From a virus, in IMG/VR virus record IMGVR_UViG_3300037502_002077, positions 1 through 41,911 of that record: DNA of 41,911 nt; one strand, written 5' to 3'. Position numbers and translations under genes: made by a program. This document shows positions 23,929 to 32,991 of the stretch, one piece after another. Under the pieces are notes generated by a model. The model worked only from the letters and a program-made list of their open reading frames with translations. It made no database searches and was not told where the DNA came from. Every line of letters starts with the position of its first letter. The first letter of the stretch is position 1.

Positions 23929-24161
23929 GCCGCGTGCCATAAGCGCCTGAGCGATGACAACCGCTGCCTGCTGCCATGCGCGGCTAAGTCCACCGCAAGC
24001 CCATTGGTGTGCGCCGACCCCGGCACGCCACCCACCTTGGCGTTGTGTTTTTCGCACCGGTAGGCGGAGTTGATCACAAACGGGACGCCAGCCATGTGCC
24101 GGGCTGCCACGAGGCGGTTCAGCGCAAGTAAGGCTGAATTAGACTGCTCGTGGCCAGTCAT
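23925..24161 (-). CDS. peptidase M15A (M15_3)-like protein, short and apparently frameshifted or truncated at the C terminus
   Basis: The 78-aa ORF carries VINSAYRCEKHNAKVGGVPGSAHTNGLAVDL (SxYRxxxHNxxVGGxxxSxHxxGxAxD). The expected C-terminal block ...ARGLTRIGVAHEIHPD is encoded in the -1 frame from about 23970 downward. Confidence 0.6.
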   Translation of the reverse strand: MTGHEQSNSALLALNRLVAARHMAGVPFVINSAYRCEKHNAKVGGVPGSAHTNGLAVDLAAHGSRQRLSSLRRLWHAA

Positions 24162-24166
24162 TATAG

Positions 24167-26179
24167 CTATAGATCAATATTGTTAAGATCAATATCCTCA
24201 ATACTGTAATTTGGCGGAGTAACGATTCTTACAACTTCGTTATCTGAATAACCAAAAGCCCTTATAATCATTTTTCCACCGTGCGAGGATATAGCTTCTG
24301 CTACCCCCGAATTGCTCGGATAAGAGGTATGGTAATCGTAATCCGATAGCGGTATCTTTACTCCTGACGTGTTTCCATTGAATTTTATCTGTCCAAATAT
24401 TTCTTGCGTCTGTCCTGTGGCGTTAATTGACACGCTACCTCTTTCAATTATTGCAACCATTGGACATTGTGCAGAAGAATATCCAGACCCCGGCGTGTCA
24501 ACCGTTATATCTACGATCTTTCCGCCCTCTATTACAGGAGTCAACGTGGCACCTGATCCAGAAGTCGATGATATCTCTGCTGTTGCTGAAGTGTACCCTA
24601 TTCCGGGATGTTCTACATAACACCCAACAATTTCTCCGGCTTTATTAACAGTAACCGTTGCTCTTGCTGGATACGTACTGCTGCCACTGATAGTCACGCG
24701 AGGATAAGATGAGTGGTTCGTTGAAGTGCCTACAAATCCGACACTGTTTATAACCACACCGCTTGCGTTGTGTATTTCAAATAAAGCACCTGCAAGGTCT
24801 TTATCTGGGTTTGCGTTAGTAGGCCCGCTGAGCGACCCTCCGTTAAAAACAACCCCTTTAACACCGCCTGCTAAAGGGTTATCTTTGTTACCCAGCACCA
24901 CCGGCTTGACTACGTTTTCCGTATACAGCGAGTTAAATGTCAGCGTGCCGACTAGAACGGAATCTTTATAATAAACACCAATCTTCCCGCCCTGGGCAGT
25001 AAAGTTTGTAAAAGTAGTGCCGTGGGAATTTCCATCTATGTATAGGTTAGCATCGCAAGAATTAGAAGTATAAATGTTATCAAAATGGCAAGCGTTGACT
25101 TCGTCTCCGATCTTGAAGCAATATCCGGAAATGTTTGTTCCGTTCGTTCTTATGTTTCTGAATGTTCCGGGGTAGCAATTATCAAACAACGCTCCGTGTG
25201 TAAATGTGCCAGAAAATCTAACAGAATCAATAAATGGCTCGCCACACAACCTTGCCTCCATGCCTAGGTAGCACCCATTAGCTCCACGGATGGAAATGCT
25301 TTCAATCCTGTTGTTTGTTGAAAACCCTGATTGAGCCCCTACGCGCAAGACTGGCCCAGAAGCAATGGCGTCCCCAAAAATAATTGAGTCTTTGCCATCT
25401 CCCAGAATGCAACCACCGGAATTTGTATACAAAGTTGATGTTATACGATACTCGCCGGACGGGAGATACAGAAGTTTGAACGAATCTATTACGCCTTGTA
25501 GGATCGCCGTATTGTCAAACGCCCCGTCTCCCTTTGCTCCGAACCATAGGGCGTTTACATAGCCCGAGTAAGATCGGACCCACGCACCAGATGCGCCTGT
25601 TGGATCGCTGGCCGGAGGCACAAACAAGCCGCTTTTTGGGTCACTTGATACTTTCGCGGAAAGGTCTGAGCTATCCCACAGAAACTCTCCCTCGCCGCCA
25701 TCACCAGTAGTTGTACGGCCCGTCATGTAGGCAACATCGCCAGCAAAGCGCCCCGACACGGATTTCAGTGCCTGTAAATTGCTAACCCTGCGGACACCTT
25801 GTCCTAACTCCTGCCTCAGCACCGCATCCCCAGCCGCCACAAACGCCCCGCCCTCCGGCAGCCCCGCGCCAGTGGTCGTATACGGCAATTCAGTGGAGCC
25901 GGACACGCGCCAGAACTCACCGGAGCTATCGCGCACAACTTGGTTGTACTGCGTGACCTCGATGCCGGCAGCGTAGTCGCCTGCGAATTGGTAGCCACTG
26001 GCGGCAATGAAGGCGGCAAACTCGTCTTCAATGCTCTGCCAGCTGCGCCGCGATTTTCCCAGCCGGTCGTTATACGCCGCCTGATCGCCGTTAACGAGGT
26101 TATCCAGGTTCTCCGCGTTGTCGTAAAGATCACGCGGATCGGTAGAACCAAGCGGGTTCCCGGTGCTGTATGTGGTCAT
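24167..26179 (-). CDS. tailspike / tail fiber with a pectate-lyase-like beta-helix (putative depolymerase)
   Basis: 670 aa. Conserved N-terminal anchor: NPLGSTDPRDLYDNAENLDNLVNG. Beta-helix entry motif: NALWFGAKGDGAFDNTAILQGVI. The C-terminal two-thirds is visibly AT-rich. Confidence 0.85.
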   Translation of the reverse strand: MTTYSTGNPLGSTDPRDLYDNAENLDNLVNGDQAAYNDRLGKSRRSWQSIEDEFAAFIAASGYQFAGDYAAGIEVTQYNQVVRDSSGEFWRVSGSTELPYTTTGAGLPEGGAFVAAGDAVLRQELGQGVRRVSNLQALKSVSGRFAGDVAYMTGRTTTGDGGEGEFLWDSSDLSAKVSSDPKSGLFVPPASDPTGASGAWVRSYSGYVNALWFGAKGDGAFDNTAILQGVIDSFKLLYLPSGEYRITSTLYTNSGGCILGDGKDSIIFGDAIASGPVLRVGAQSGFSTNNRIESISIRGANGCYLGMEARLCGEPFIDSVRFSGTFTHGALFDNCYPGTFRNIRTNGTNISGYCFKIGDEVNACHFDNIYTSNSCDANLYIDGNSHGTTFTNFTAQGGKIGVYYKDSVLVGTLTFNSLYTENVVKPVVLGNKDNPLAGGVKGVVFNGGSLSGPTNANPDKDLAGALFEIHNASGVVINSVGFVGTSTNHSSYPRVTISGSSTYPARATVTVNKAGEIVGCYVEHPGIGYTSATAEISSTSGSGATLTPVIEGGKIVDITVDTPGSGYSSAQCPMVAIIERGSVSINATGQTQEIFGQIKFNGNTSGVKIPLSDYDYHTSYPSNSGVAEAISSHGGKMIIRAFGYSDNEVVRIVTPPNYSIEDIDLNNIDL

Positions 26180-26239
26180 GTACTGCCTCCAATTCTGGAC
26201 GGTGCCGCCATCTCGGCGGGGTATGTTCTCATTGTAGCC

Positions 26240-28933
26240 TTATGGCGCGGAATCGTCATCCGCGTATACGCGCTCGTCGTAATTCGTGGCGGTCACGCCC
26301 ACCTGCAACGGGCCGCTTGGGCTAATCTCAGTGATCAGTGCTGGGAAGCACCACCGATCGGTGGTGCCAAAGTAAACGTGCGTCTGCTCCCGGTCACTTG
26401 GAAGCACAGCAGGCCACGGCTCCGGAATCTCCACCATCACGGTATACGCATCAGCCCCCTGAGCCGCCGGGAACGGGCCGACGGTTTCTCCGCTCTCATC
26501 CCGATAGGCGACAACGTGACTCTTGCCAGCTTCCCACTCCAGCGGCTCAGACACGGTAATGCGGTCGGCCTGAATGCCGGTCAGAATCGCCACCTTGCCG
26601 TAACCTGGAATGTCATCCAACAGCGGCACATACGACAGGTATTGACTGTTCAGCGCATCCAGCTCGGTGTTAAACGTGTACGTCCAACGGCGATAGCGTT
26701 GCGCCCTGCGTCGTCTCATCCCGATGCGCCATGCGCGGGTGCGGTCTGTCACGCCGTCCAGCTTGATCTTGTCCACCTTGATCTGCTGATCGCCGGGCAG
26801 AGTACACATGACCGTCTCGGTCGTCCATGTGTCCGCGTTGGTGTACTCCACCTCGACACCATCCGCCTCGTCCGGCTGTTTGCCAGTGAACTGCCGTTGT
26901 AGTGGTGCGGTCATGTTCTCCGGGCTGTAGCCGTCTTCCAGTTGCGTGCGCGGCTCGTCCCTGACCGGGGTAATGACGCCGTTATCCAGCGTCACGTCCG
27001 CAAAGCCGGCGCGCAACATCATCTTCATGGCGTCCAGCGCGGTGCCGTCGCTAATGACAAAATCAAAAGTATCACCACGCGCCTGCCAGATGCCGTCCAG
27101 CCGCTCAAGCTCAGCTATGTTGATCTGGTCATCACCATATCCAAGCGATCTCGCAACGTAAGCCGTTGCTGCTGCAATGGATCGTGTGGGCGCTTCTGCG
27201 CCTCCGGCAACCGGCGGCAACCGGCGAGTGGCAACAAGGTTGATCTGGTTATTGGACTGGCTACCAATCTGGTCGGTACCCTCCAGCGTCACGGCCATGG
27301 TGGTCAGGCCGGCGTAACTGGTGACCGTGGGCAGTCTGGCCTTCAGACCCAGCCATTCGATGCGGTCAAGGTGGGCAATCTCGTTGCTTTCGGCTTGCAC
27401 GCGCCGTACTCGCACCTCTGGCCGGATGGCGCTGCCGAGGCTCAGGCGGTACGTAAAGCCAAGCTGGTCGCGGGTGGCGTTGTCGATGGTGTAGGTTTGG
27501 CTGTTCCAGGTGGTAGCGCCAATTTCGCGCCACTGGACTTCGACCTGCCGTTTTGTGTCAAACGGCACCACGGTATCCCCGTCGATCTTGCCCTGGCCTT
27601 GCGGCAGAAAGAAATCAACTTCGATGGTTGATGTGGTTTCGCCGTTAGGGGCGGCGATAAACGGCCCGGCCCAGCCTTCGGACTCAGACCGCTCTGACAA
27701 CAACACGTCGGCGTACCCGGTGCCGCCAGAAAAGCCCGACCACGCGGTGTCTTCTGCGCCGTTCAGGTAGCGTGACAGGCTGAAACCGTCTACCAGTTCG
27801 GGGTAGGTGGTATCGTAAATGATGCTGTCGATGCGGTATTCTTCGTCTTCCCTGCGAGTGAACATGAGATAGGTGCCGGGCGTCCAGCCGCTCACAGGCG
27901 AGCCATCAGACAGCAGCGTGATGTCGTTGCCCGCCTTGGTGTCGATCAGGAAGACGCCGTTGGCCCCGGCAAGCTCTGTTGAGCGAAGCCTGATCTGGTC
28001 GCCAACGCCAGTATCGCCCCAATCACCGGTTAGCGTCACCACATTGCTCGAATCTACCGATACTGCGACAGACTGCCGCTGCGAGATGGCGATAAAGTCA
28101 CCCGTTCCCCAATCGCCGGGAAAATACACGGACGCACTGGTAGTCCTGATTTCAGTGCCGCTGTAGGTTAGCTGCACATCACTCAGGCCAGAGGACAGGG
28201 ATTGGCCGCGATAGAGCCGGATACCGGCAGAACTGGACGTGCCGCCCACCTCGCTGGAAGTGTACCAGTTTTCGTGGTTCTGCCAGCCGGTCACGGATGC
28301 GCCTGGCTCGAAAATCTCATATCTCACAGCGGTAGACAGCTGGTCAAACGGCGTATCGCCCAACTTGATCAGCGCCGGCTCCACCAGGCACTCGCCAGAC
28401 GTGATGCACAGCATCAAATCAAGGCACTGAGTCCGTGCGTCTTTGTAGTACCGCCGCGGCTGGTTGACGTAATCCGGATATCGGATATACCGGCCAAACA
28501 GCTCCGGGATGCCTTGGCCTAGTCGGGCGGTGTTGGCGCGGGCGTCTGCGGGGGTGATGCGGGAGCCTTGTTGGCCCATGCTGTCAGAGCCGCTGGGTAT
28601 GTTTGGTATGAGGGAGTCTATGACCGCCTGACCTGCCGCGACGGAGCCGCCCCAAAAGGGCAGCGCTACAGAGATGATGTCGCCAACCGTGCCGCCCAAA
28701 GGCACAGGCCGAAACTCCACCACGTCCGGCTCGGAAATGACCGCATCCCGCCAGTCTTCCGGCTTGACGATAGCGCCATTGATCATGCAGCTAATCGGCT
28801 GCACAGAGCCGCGCTGATAGCCCTCTGCCCGTGCTGCAACCCACGCCTCCACGGTCATGCCGTGGTCGTCGTAGACCTCGACAGGCTCTCCTGGCATGAT
28901 GCTGGAATAGACTTTAATCGTCATAGTAGACAA
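26240..28933 (-). CDS. host-specificity / central tail tip protein (lambda gpJ-like, with a gpI-like N-terminal region)
   Basis: 897 aa. Its size and position follow the K-like and L-like genes. Segment ARLGQGIPELFGRYIRYPDY... Confidence 0.8.
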   Translation of the reverse strand: MSTMTIKVYSSIMPGEPVEVYDDHGMTVEAWVAARAEGYQRGSVQPISCMINGAIVKPEDWRDAVISEPDVVEFRPVPLGGTVGDIISVALPFWGGSVAAGQAVIDSLIPNIPSGSDSMGQQGSRITPADARANTARLGQGIPELFGRYIRYPDYVNQPRRYYKDARTQCLDLMLCITSGECLVEPALIKLGDTPFDQLSTAVRYEIFEPGASVTGWQNHENWYTSSEVGGTSSSAGIRLYRGQSLSSGLSDVQLTYSGTEIRTTSASVYFPGDWGTGDFIAISQRQSVAVSVDSSNVVTLTGDWGDTGVGDQIRLRSTELAGANGVFLIDTKAGNDITLLSDGSPVSGWTPGTYLMFTRREDEEYRIDSIIYDTTYPELVDGFSLSRYLNGAEDTAWSGFSGGTGYADVLLSERSESEGWAGPFIAAPNGETTSTIEVDFFLPQGQGKIDGDTVVPFDTKRQVEVQWREIGATTWNSQTYTIDNATRDQLGFTYRLSLGSAIRPEVRVRRVQAESNEIAHLDRIEWLGLKARLPTVTSYAGLTTMAVTLEGTDQIGSQSNNQINLVATRRLPPVAGGAEAPTRSIAAATAYVARSLGYGDDQINIAELERLDGIWQARGDTFDFVISDGTALDAMKMMLRAGFADVTLDNGVITPVRDEPRTQLEDGYSPENMTAPLQRQFTGKQPDEADGVEVEYTNADTWTTETVMCTLPGDQQIKVDKIKLDGVTDRTRAWRIGMRRRRAQRYRRWTYTFNTELDALNSQYLSYVPLLDDIPGYGKVAILTGIQADRITVSEPLEWEAGKSHVVAYRDESGETVGPFPAAQGADAYTVMVEIPEPWPAVLPSDREQTHVYFGTTDRWCFPALITEISPSGPLQVGVTATNYDERVYADDDSAP

Positions 28934-29312
28934 CCTTCAAAAATCGCCGCTCGAATGCCTGCAAGTGTACCAGTCGCGGGCCGTGCTTGCCTTGTCCGGG
29001 TTCGTCGGTTTCCAGAATCATCGGCTTGCCGTCCACTTCAACCACAATGGCGATATGAGTGCACAGCCTACCGCGGTAGCAACAAGCGATAGCGCCGGGG
29101 TGCGGTCGGCACTCTTGATAGTTTCGGGACTCCGCCAGCATGGCGCGAGTGAGCGCCTTCTTGTCGCTGCCTTCCACTGCTCCGTGCTCCGGCATCCACG
29201 CTTTACCAAACAAATGCACCCGAGCCAGCCGCACCAAGCCGTAACAGTCTGCGCCGGTTGGTAGCCTGCCGTTGGGTACGTACGGCACTTGGAGTAGGTC
29301 GTCTAGGGTCAT
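28914..29312 (-). CDS. tail tip assembly protein, NlpC/P60 (gpK-like)
   Basis: Start refined to MTLDDLLQVPYVPNGR (ATGA overlap). Cys-His core: GADCYGLVR...THIAIV. Confidence 0.75.
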   Translation of the reverse strand: MTLDDLLQVPYVPNGRLPTGADCYGLVRLARVHLFGKAWMPEHGAVEGSDKKALTRAMLAESRNYQECRPHPGAIACCYRGRLCTHIAIVVEVDGKPMILETDEPGQGKHGPRLVHLQAFERRFLKVVYYDD

Positions 29313-29794
29313 AGGTAGCGCAGCCCCGGAAACTCGCTTGCCAGATACCTGCGACGAGGCCACGCGGTGTTCAGCAAATCGTAATAGCCAGCCTCAACCA
29401 TAACCATCATCCCCTCAAACGTGCCGCCGCGCAGGATCATCTTGTACGGCTGCTTGGCCGGGGCTGAGAGGTCGCCAGAGAGAAACACGCGGTAATTGAC
29501 CGGCACCTGTGCGTCTGATGCCAGCGCTGCGTCTATGGCCTTCTGTGCCTCGCCTGTGGCGTTGGCAATGGCGAAAGTTAGCGTTTGCTGTCCGTTGGTG
29601 TTTTTGCCGGGCTCCTTATACTCAAACGGGCCAGCCTGAAACGTCACGGTCTCCGAGGTTTCGAGTGTGGCGGTCAGGTCTTCGTAGGCTGCTACCACCC
29701 GGATAGGCTCTTCGCCCGGCACCAGGATTTCCAGTGTCGGCAATATGACCTGATCTGATGGCGCGCTGGCGTAGACGGTTTCTATCAGGCTCAT
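29309..29794 (-). CDS. minor tail protein L-like (DUF1833-like)
   Basis: Start refined to MSLIETVYASAPSD...LPTLEI (ATGA overlap). The C terminus is ...EFPGLRYL. Confidence 0.7.
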   Translation of the reverse strand: MSLIETVYASAPSDQVILPTLEILVPGEEPIRVVAAYEDLTATLETSETVTFQAGPFEYKEPGKNTNGQQTLTFAIANATGEAQKAIDAALASDAQVPVNYRVFLSGDLSAPAKQPYKMILRGGTFEGMMVMVEAGYYDLLNTAWPRRRYLASEFPGLRYL

Positions 29795-30255
29795 GGTTCG
29801 GGCCACTCCCGATTGACTGCAAGGTCAATGATACTAGAGCCCAGAATAAACTCTCGACCAAACTCGTACCACTCAGGAGGCGTAATCGGGCGCTCAAATA
29901 TTTCCAGCCGGCACTCTACACGCCATTGGTTCTGACCGGTCAGTTGCGGGCCGTTGTACATCTCAATGAACCGGCAGGCGTAGGGCTTCAGCCCTTGCGG
30001 CGTTTTGACTCTGGCGTTAAACCACTTTGCCCCGTCGTCTGCGTCGTAGGCAAACCAAGCCTCAAACAGTTGCGCCTCGATATCGGACAGCAACAAGCTG
30101 GCGGTGATCTCGCTCGGTACGCTCTGGAACGTGCGCCGTTGCCTTGCCCGCCCTGTGGCCATCTCTGTGCGGGCGAACGGTTGCGTGTGGTTCAGGCTGT
30201 AGCCCTCGCGCAAGAAGCACGGCAGGCTGGCCGGGAAGTCTAGCTCTGGCGTCAT
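29791..30255 (-). CDS. minor tail protein (gpM-like position)
   Basis: 154 aa. Lies between the tape measure and the L-like gene, with overlaps on both sides. Confidence 0.6.
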   Translation of the reverse strand: MTPELDFPASLPCFLREGYSLNHTQPFARTEMATGRARQRRTFQSVPSEITASLLLSDIEAQLFEAWFAYDADDGAKWFNARVKTPQGLKPYACRFIEMYNGPQLTGQNQWRVECRLEIFERPITPPEWYEFGREFILGSSIIDLAVNREWPEP

Positions 30256-32354
30256 GTGCCTTGCCTCCTGAGTCCGTAGGCGCGCTGCATAGCCTTGGCC
30301 CTTGGCCCGTTACTCATAATGTCAGACACAAACACGTTCACCTCTGTGGTTCCGTCGTCTCGCTGGCCTTGCTGTACCTGGCCCGCCTTGCTGGCGTCTT
30401 CATACAAGTTGACCACCACGCCACTGCCGCCGTCCAGCTTGGCGTCCAGCTTCTTGCTGGTCTCACTGGTCATGACCCGCTCGCCTTTTTCGAGCAGCCA
30501 TGTGCCTGTCTGGGGCACAGAGTCTATGCCGTCGTGAGCCATGCCTGTCAGCGTGACCGCCTGGATGTTGCCGATAATGCCAGCGGTTGCCCCGGCTACG
30601 GTTGCCATGGCTCCCAGGTTAGCCGGGAACGGCAAGGCAGCCGCCTGCGCGATGCCGGTGTTGATTGCTACGATGGACTGCGCGATAGACGCCGCTTTCT
30701 GAAAGGCGAATAGCGTTTTGTAGAGCGCGTTTTGCTCGCCGGTAAACTGGCTGGTCATCTCTGCTAGGCTGCCGAAAAGCTGCTCGGAGCCCCCGAGAAT
30801 CAGCATTTGCCGTTGCGCTTCCAGTTGCCGCTGGTCTTCCAGATCCTGCTGGCGCATCTCCTTGAGCTTGTTGAACATTTCCTGCTCGTTCTGGAGCCGC
30901 ATGTTCTGCGTCTCCATTTCGCTCATGAGACCGGCTTCTTCCAGTGCCCGGATTTCTTCTTCGCGCTCCTTGAAGGCCCGCTGGATGACCTGCTTTTCGG
31001 TTTCGAAGGATTGCCGAAGGGTTTCGAGTCGCTTGGCCATAGCGTCGTCAGTGGATGATCCGTTGCCGCCACCGGTGCCGTCCCCCTCTGTGCCGTCCCC
31101 CTCTGCGCCGTCTAACAGCCCCTCCCTGAACTTGATAGCCTCTCTAGCCGCCCTCTCTGAGGCTTCACGCGCCTCGAAAACGAACCTCTCGAACTGGTCG
31201 CCCGGCAACGGCTTGGATAGCCGGTCACGCATTTCGGAGTCAATCTGCTCGATTTCCCTGCGGGAGCTTTCGATCACGTTCTGAATGTTCCGCCCGAAGT
31301 CCGACATGCCCAGCGCGTCTATATTGACTCCGGGGATGTTGTTGATCAGGCGGATCATCTCGTTTACGGCGGCGGTCGGGATCTCCACGATTTCCCGCGC
31401 AATTTCCAGTAGACCAATACGCACACTAATGGCGAAAACGTCAACCGCTGCCTGCGTACCGAGGAACCCACGATCCAGCTTTTCCAGGCCGTTTAGCGCC
31501 CTTGCCGCACCTTCAATGAACACGTTGAACGTATCCGCCGTGGCCTCGCCTAATCCGCCGGCCTCCTTGGCGTTCTCAATTAGCAGGTCACTAACCGCGC
31601 TCAAGATAGGGGCCACGTTCACCGCAAGCTGTTGGCTGATCGCGTCAAACAGTCTGCCGGCACGGGCAAAGTCATCGTTGGCCTTCTCAACCTTGGCGGT
31701 GTCCAGCTCTGACAGTGAAAGCCCAAACTCGTCTACCTGTTGCCGGTAGGCCCGGATGGCGTCACCGCCTTGCAGGAATAGCTGTGTGGCCTCTTTCTGC
31801 TCAAACCCTAAGTCTTGGACAAACCGGGCCGCACGCTGCGCCGATACACCGGAGTCCACAATGGCATCCGCAATCCTGGCAATGCGCTCATCCGCCTCAA
31901 GCCCGGAAAGCTCCGCCAGATTCAAGCCAAGCTCTTCGACGGTTTTTGCTGCGGCTCCGGTGCCTGCTTCAGCCGCGCCCAGCCGGCGGTTAAGTCGGTT
32001 CAGGGATCGCTCGAAACCGTCAACGCCGCCTTCCTCAAAGGCAATCTGGAGGGCCGTCACAGAGTCGTAGGTGGTGTTCAGGGAGCGGGCAAGTTTTGCC
32101 TGTGCGTCTACGTTGGCAAGGCCCGCCCGCGTCTGCTGGATGGTGGCGGCGGTTAGCGCGCCGATAGCGGCGGCGGCAGCGGCGGCGGAGACTTTCAGCC
32201 CGCTCTGTAACTGTTCGCTGGTTTGCTTGAGGTTCTTCCGGATTTCCTTGCGGAACTTCTCTGTCTGGCGTTCAGCCTTGTCCATGCCTTGAACAAAACC
32301 GGCGACCTCCGCAACGAGCGAAATCGAAAGTGTTCCCAGACCACGACTAGCCAT
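30252..32354 (-). CDS. tape measure protein
   Basis: About 700 aa from the ATG at 32354 (MASRGLGTL). The protein is long, helical and Ala/Glu/Gln-rich, and the gene follows the G/G-T chaperones. Confidence 0.9.
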   Translation of the reverse strand: MASRGLGTLSISLVAEVAGFVQGMDKAERQTEKFRKEIRKNLKQTSEQLQSGLKVSAAAAAAAIGALTAATIQQTRAGLANVDAQAKLARSLNTTYDSVTALQIAFEEGGVDGFERSLNRLNRRLGAAEAGTGAAAKTVEELGLNLAELSGLEADERIARIADAIVDSGVSAQRAARFVQDLGFEQKEATQLFLQGGDAIRAYRQQVDEFGLSLSELDTAKVEKANDDFARAGRLFDAISQQLAVNVAPILSAVSDLLIENAKEAGGLGEATADTFNVFIEGAARALNGLEKLDRGFLGTQAAVDVFAISVRIGLLEIAREIVEIPTAAVNEMIRLINNIPGVNIDALGMSDFGRNIQNVIESSRREIEQIDSEMRDRLSKPLPGDQFERFVFEAREASERAAREAIKFREGLLDGAEGDGTEGDGTGGGNGSSTDDAMAKRLETLRQSFETEKQVIQRAFKEREEEIRALEEAGLMSEMETQNMRLQNEQEMFNKLKEMRQQDLEDQRQLEAQRQMLILGGSEQLFGSLAEMTSQFTGEQNALYKTLFAFQKAASIAQSIVAINTGIAQAAALPFPANLGAMATVAGATAGIIGNIQAVTLTGMAHDGIDSVPQTGTWLLEKGERVMTSETSKKLDAKLDGGSGVVVNLYEDASKAGQVQQGQRDDGTTEVNVFVSDIMSNGPRAKAMQRAYGLRRQGT
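31075..31112. repeat. 15-bp tandem repeat (about 2.5 copies) inside the tape measure gene, encoding EGDGT repeats
   Basis: gtgccgtccccctct occurs twice, followed by gcgccgtc. Confidence 0.8.
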
Positions 32355-32991
32355 TACTTCCAAACCTCCATAGCTGACTCCAAGCTAACCGGCGGCTCGT
32401 TGATGTGTGGTGCAAAGTCGTAGAGCTTCATACCGCCTCGCTTGCTATGGCTGTTGGCGTACAGGCTGGCTAACAGTGCGCCGGCCCATTCCGTGCGGAG
32501 TCCGGGGTTTAAGCTGCCCCGCTGGTTGCGATACCTGAGCCATGCGCAGAACTCTTGATAAGATAGCCGTTCCTTGGCTTCTGCAATCGTCCGGCCACCG
32601 ATTCCGCACAGTACCAGCTCATGCCAGACTTCTTCCTCTAGGCTCAGGTCTTCTTCTTTTTTTCCGAAAAGCCGTTCACCTCACCGATCACCCGGAGCAG
32701 TTCCAGCGTCAGATCCCGGCACAGCGGGCCGCGATCGGGGTCTGCTTCGCCGGTTACGTCCGCCACCGTGAACACGGGCTTGCCGGTCTCATCCACGATA
32801 GATGAGGCAATCCGGCCCGCGATAGCGTCCTTGCTGGTGATGTCCGACACGGCGGCGGCGTAGGAGAGTTTGCGGACAAAGACGGTAGCGGTGTTCTCGC
32901 TGCCGCCGCTTGTCCAGGTGATCTCCTTCTCCACCGGGGCGCCTGCGAACGCGCCTTGTTTGGTCAGGCTTTCAAGGCTTAGTGTGGTCAT
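32354..32991 (-). CDS. tail assembly chaperone G-T fusion produced by a -1 programmed frameshift
   Basis: After GGAAAAAAAG, the -1 frame stays open for about 100 codons ([42 protein letters not shown]...ESAMEVWK*). It ends in a TAATG overlap with the tape measure start. The +1 frame stops quickly. Confidence 0.8.
32644..32991 (-). CDS. tail assembly chaperone (gpG-like)
   Basis: 115 aa. Lies between the tail tube and tape measure genes and ends at the slippery A-run. Confidence 0.85.
   Translation of the reverse strand: MTTLSLESLTKQGAFAGAPVEKEITWTSGGSENTATVFVRKLSYAAAVSDITSKDAIAGRIASSIVDETGKPVFTVADVTGEADPDRGPLCRDLTLELLRVIGEVNGFSEKKKKT
32656..32663 (-). promoter_or_regulatory. slippery sequence A AAA AAG (A7 run) for the G/G-T -1 frameshift
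   Basis: Seven consecutive T on the plus strand at 32657-32663. The position is canonical, near the end of gpG. Confidence 0.8.

Noticed and set aside
22446-24057. Minus-strand ORFs of 204, 253 and 202 aa across the rightward early block
   Set aside because: - They are antisense to a chain of nine plus-strand genes linked by ATGA overlaps, and their composition is low-complexity.
- Only the first few dozen codons of 23449..24057 are meaningful, as the out-of-frame M15 peptidase C terminus (reported separately).
25940-27631. Plus-strand ORFs of 320 aa (25940..26902) and 229 aa (26942..27631) opposite the tailspike and J-like genes
   Set aside because: These are antisense shadow ORFs. They are Arg/Val/Leu/His-rich, cross an intergenic gap without regard to it, and overlap confidently assigned tail genes.
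32071-32200. The GC-rich GCG/GCC repeat run in the tape measure gene (poly-Ala, SAAAAAAAIGAL) as a distinct repeat element
   Set aside because: It is simple codon repetition encoding an alanine stretch within a low-complexity helical protein, with no independent structure.
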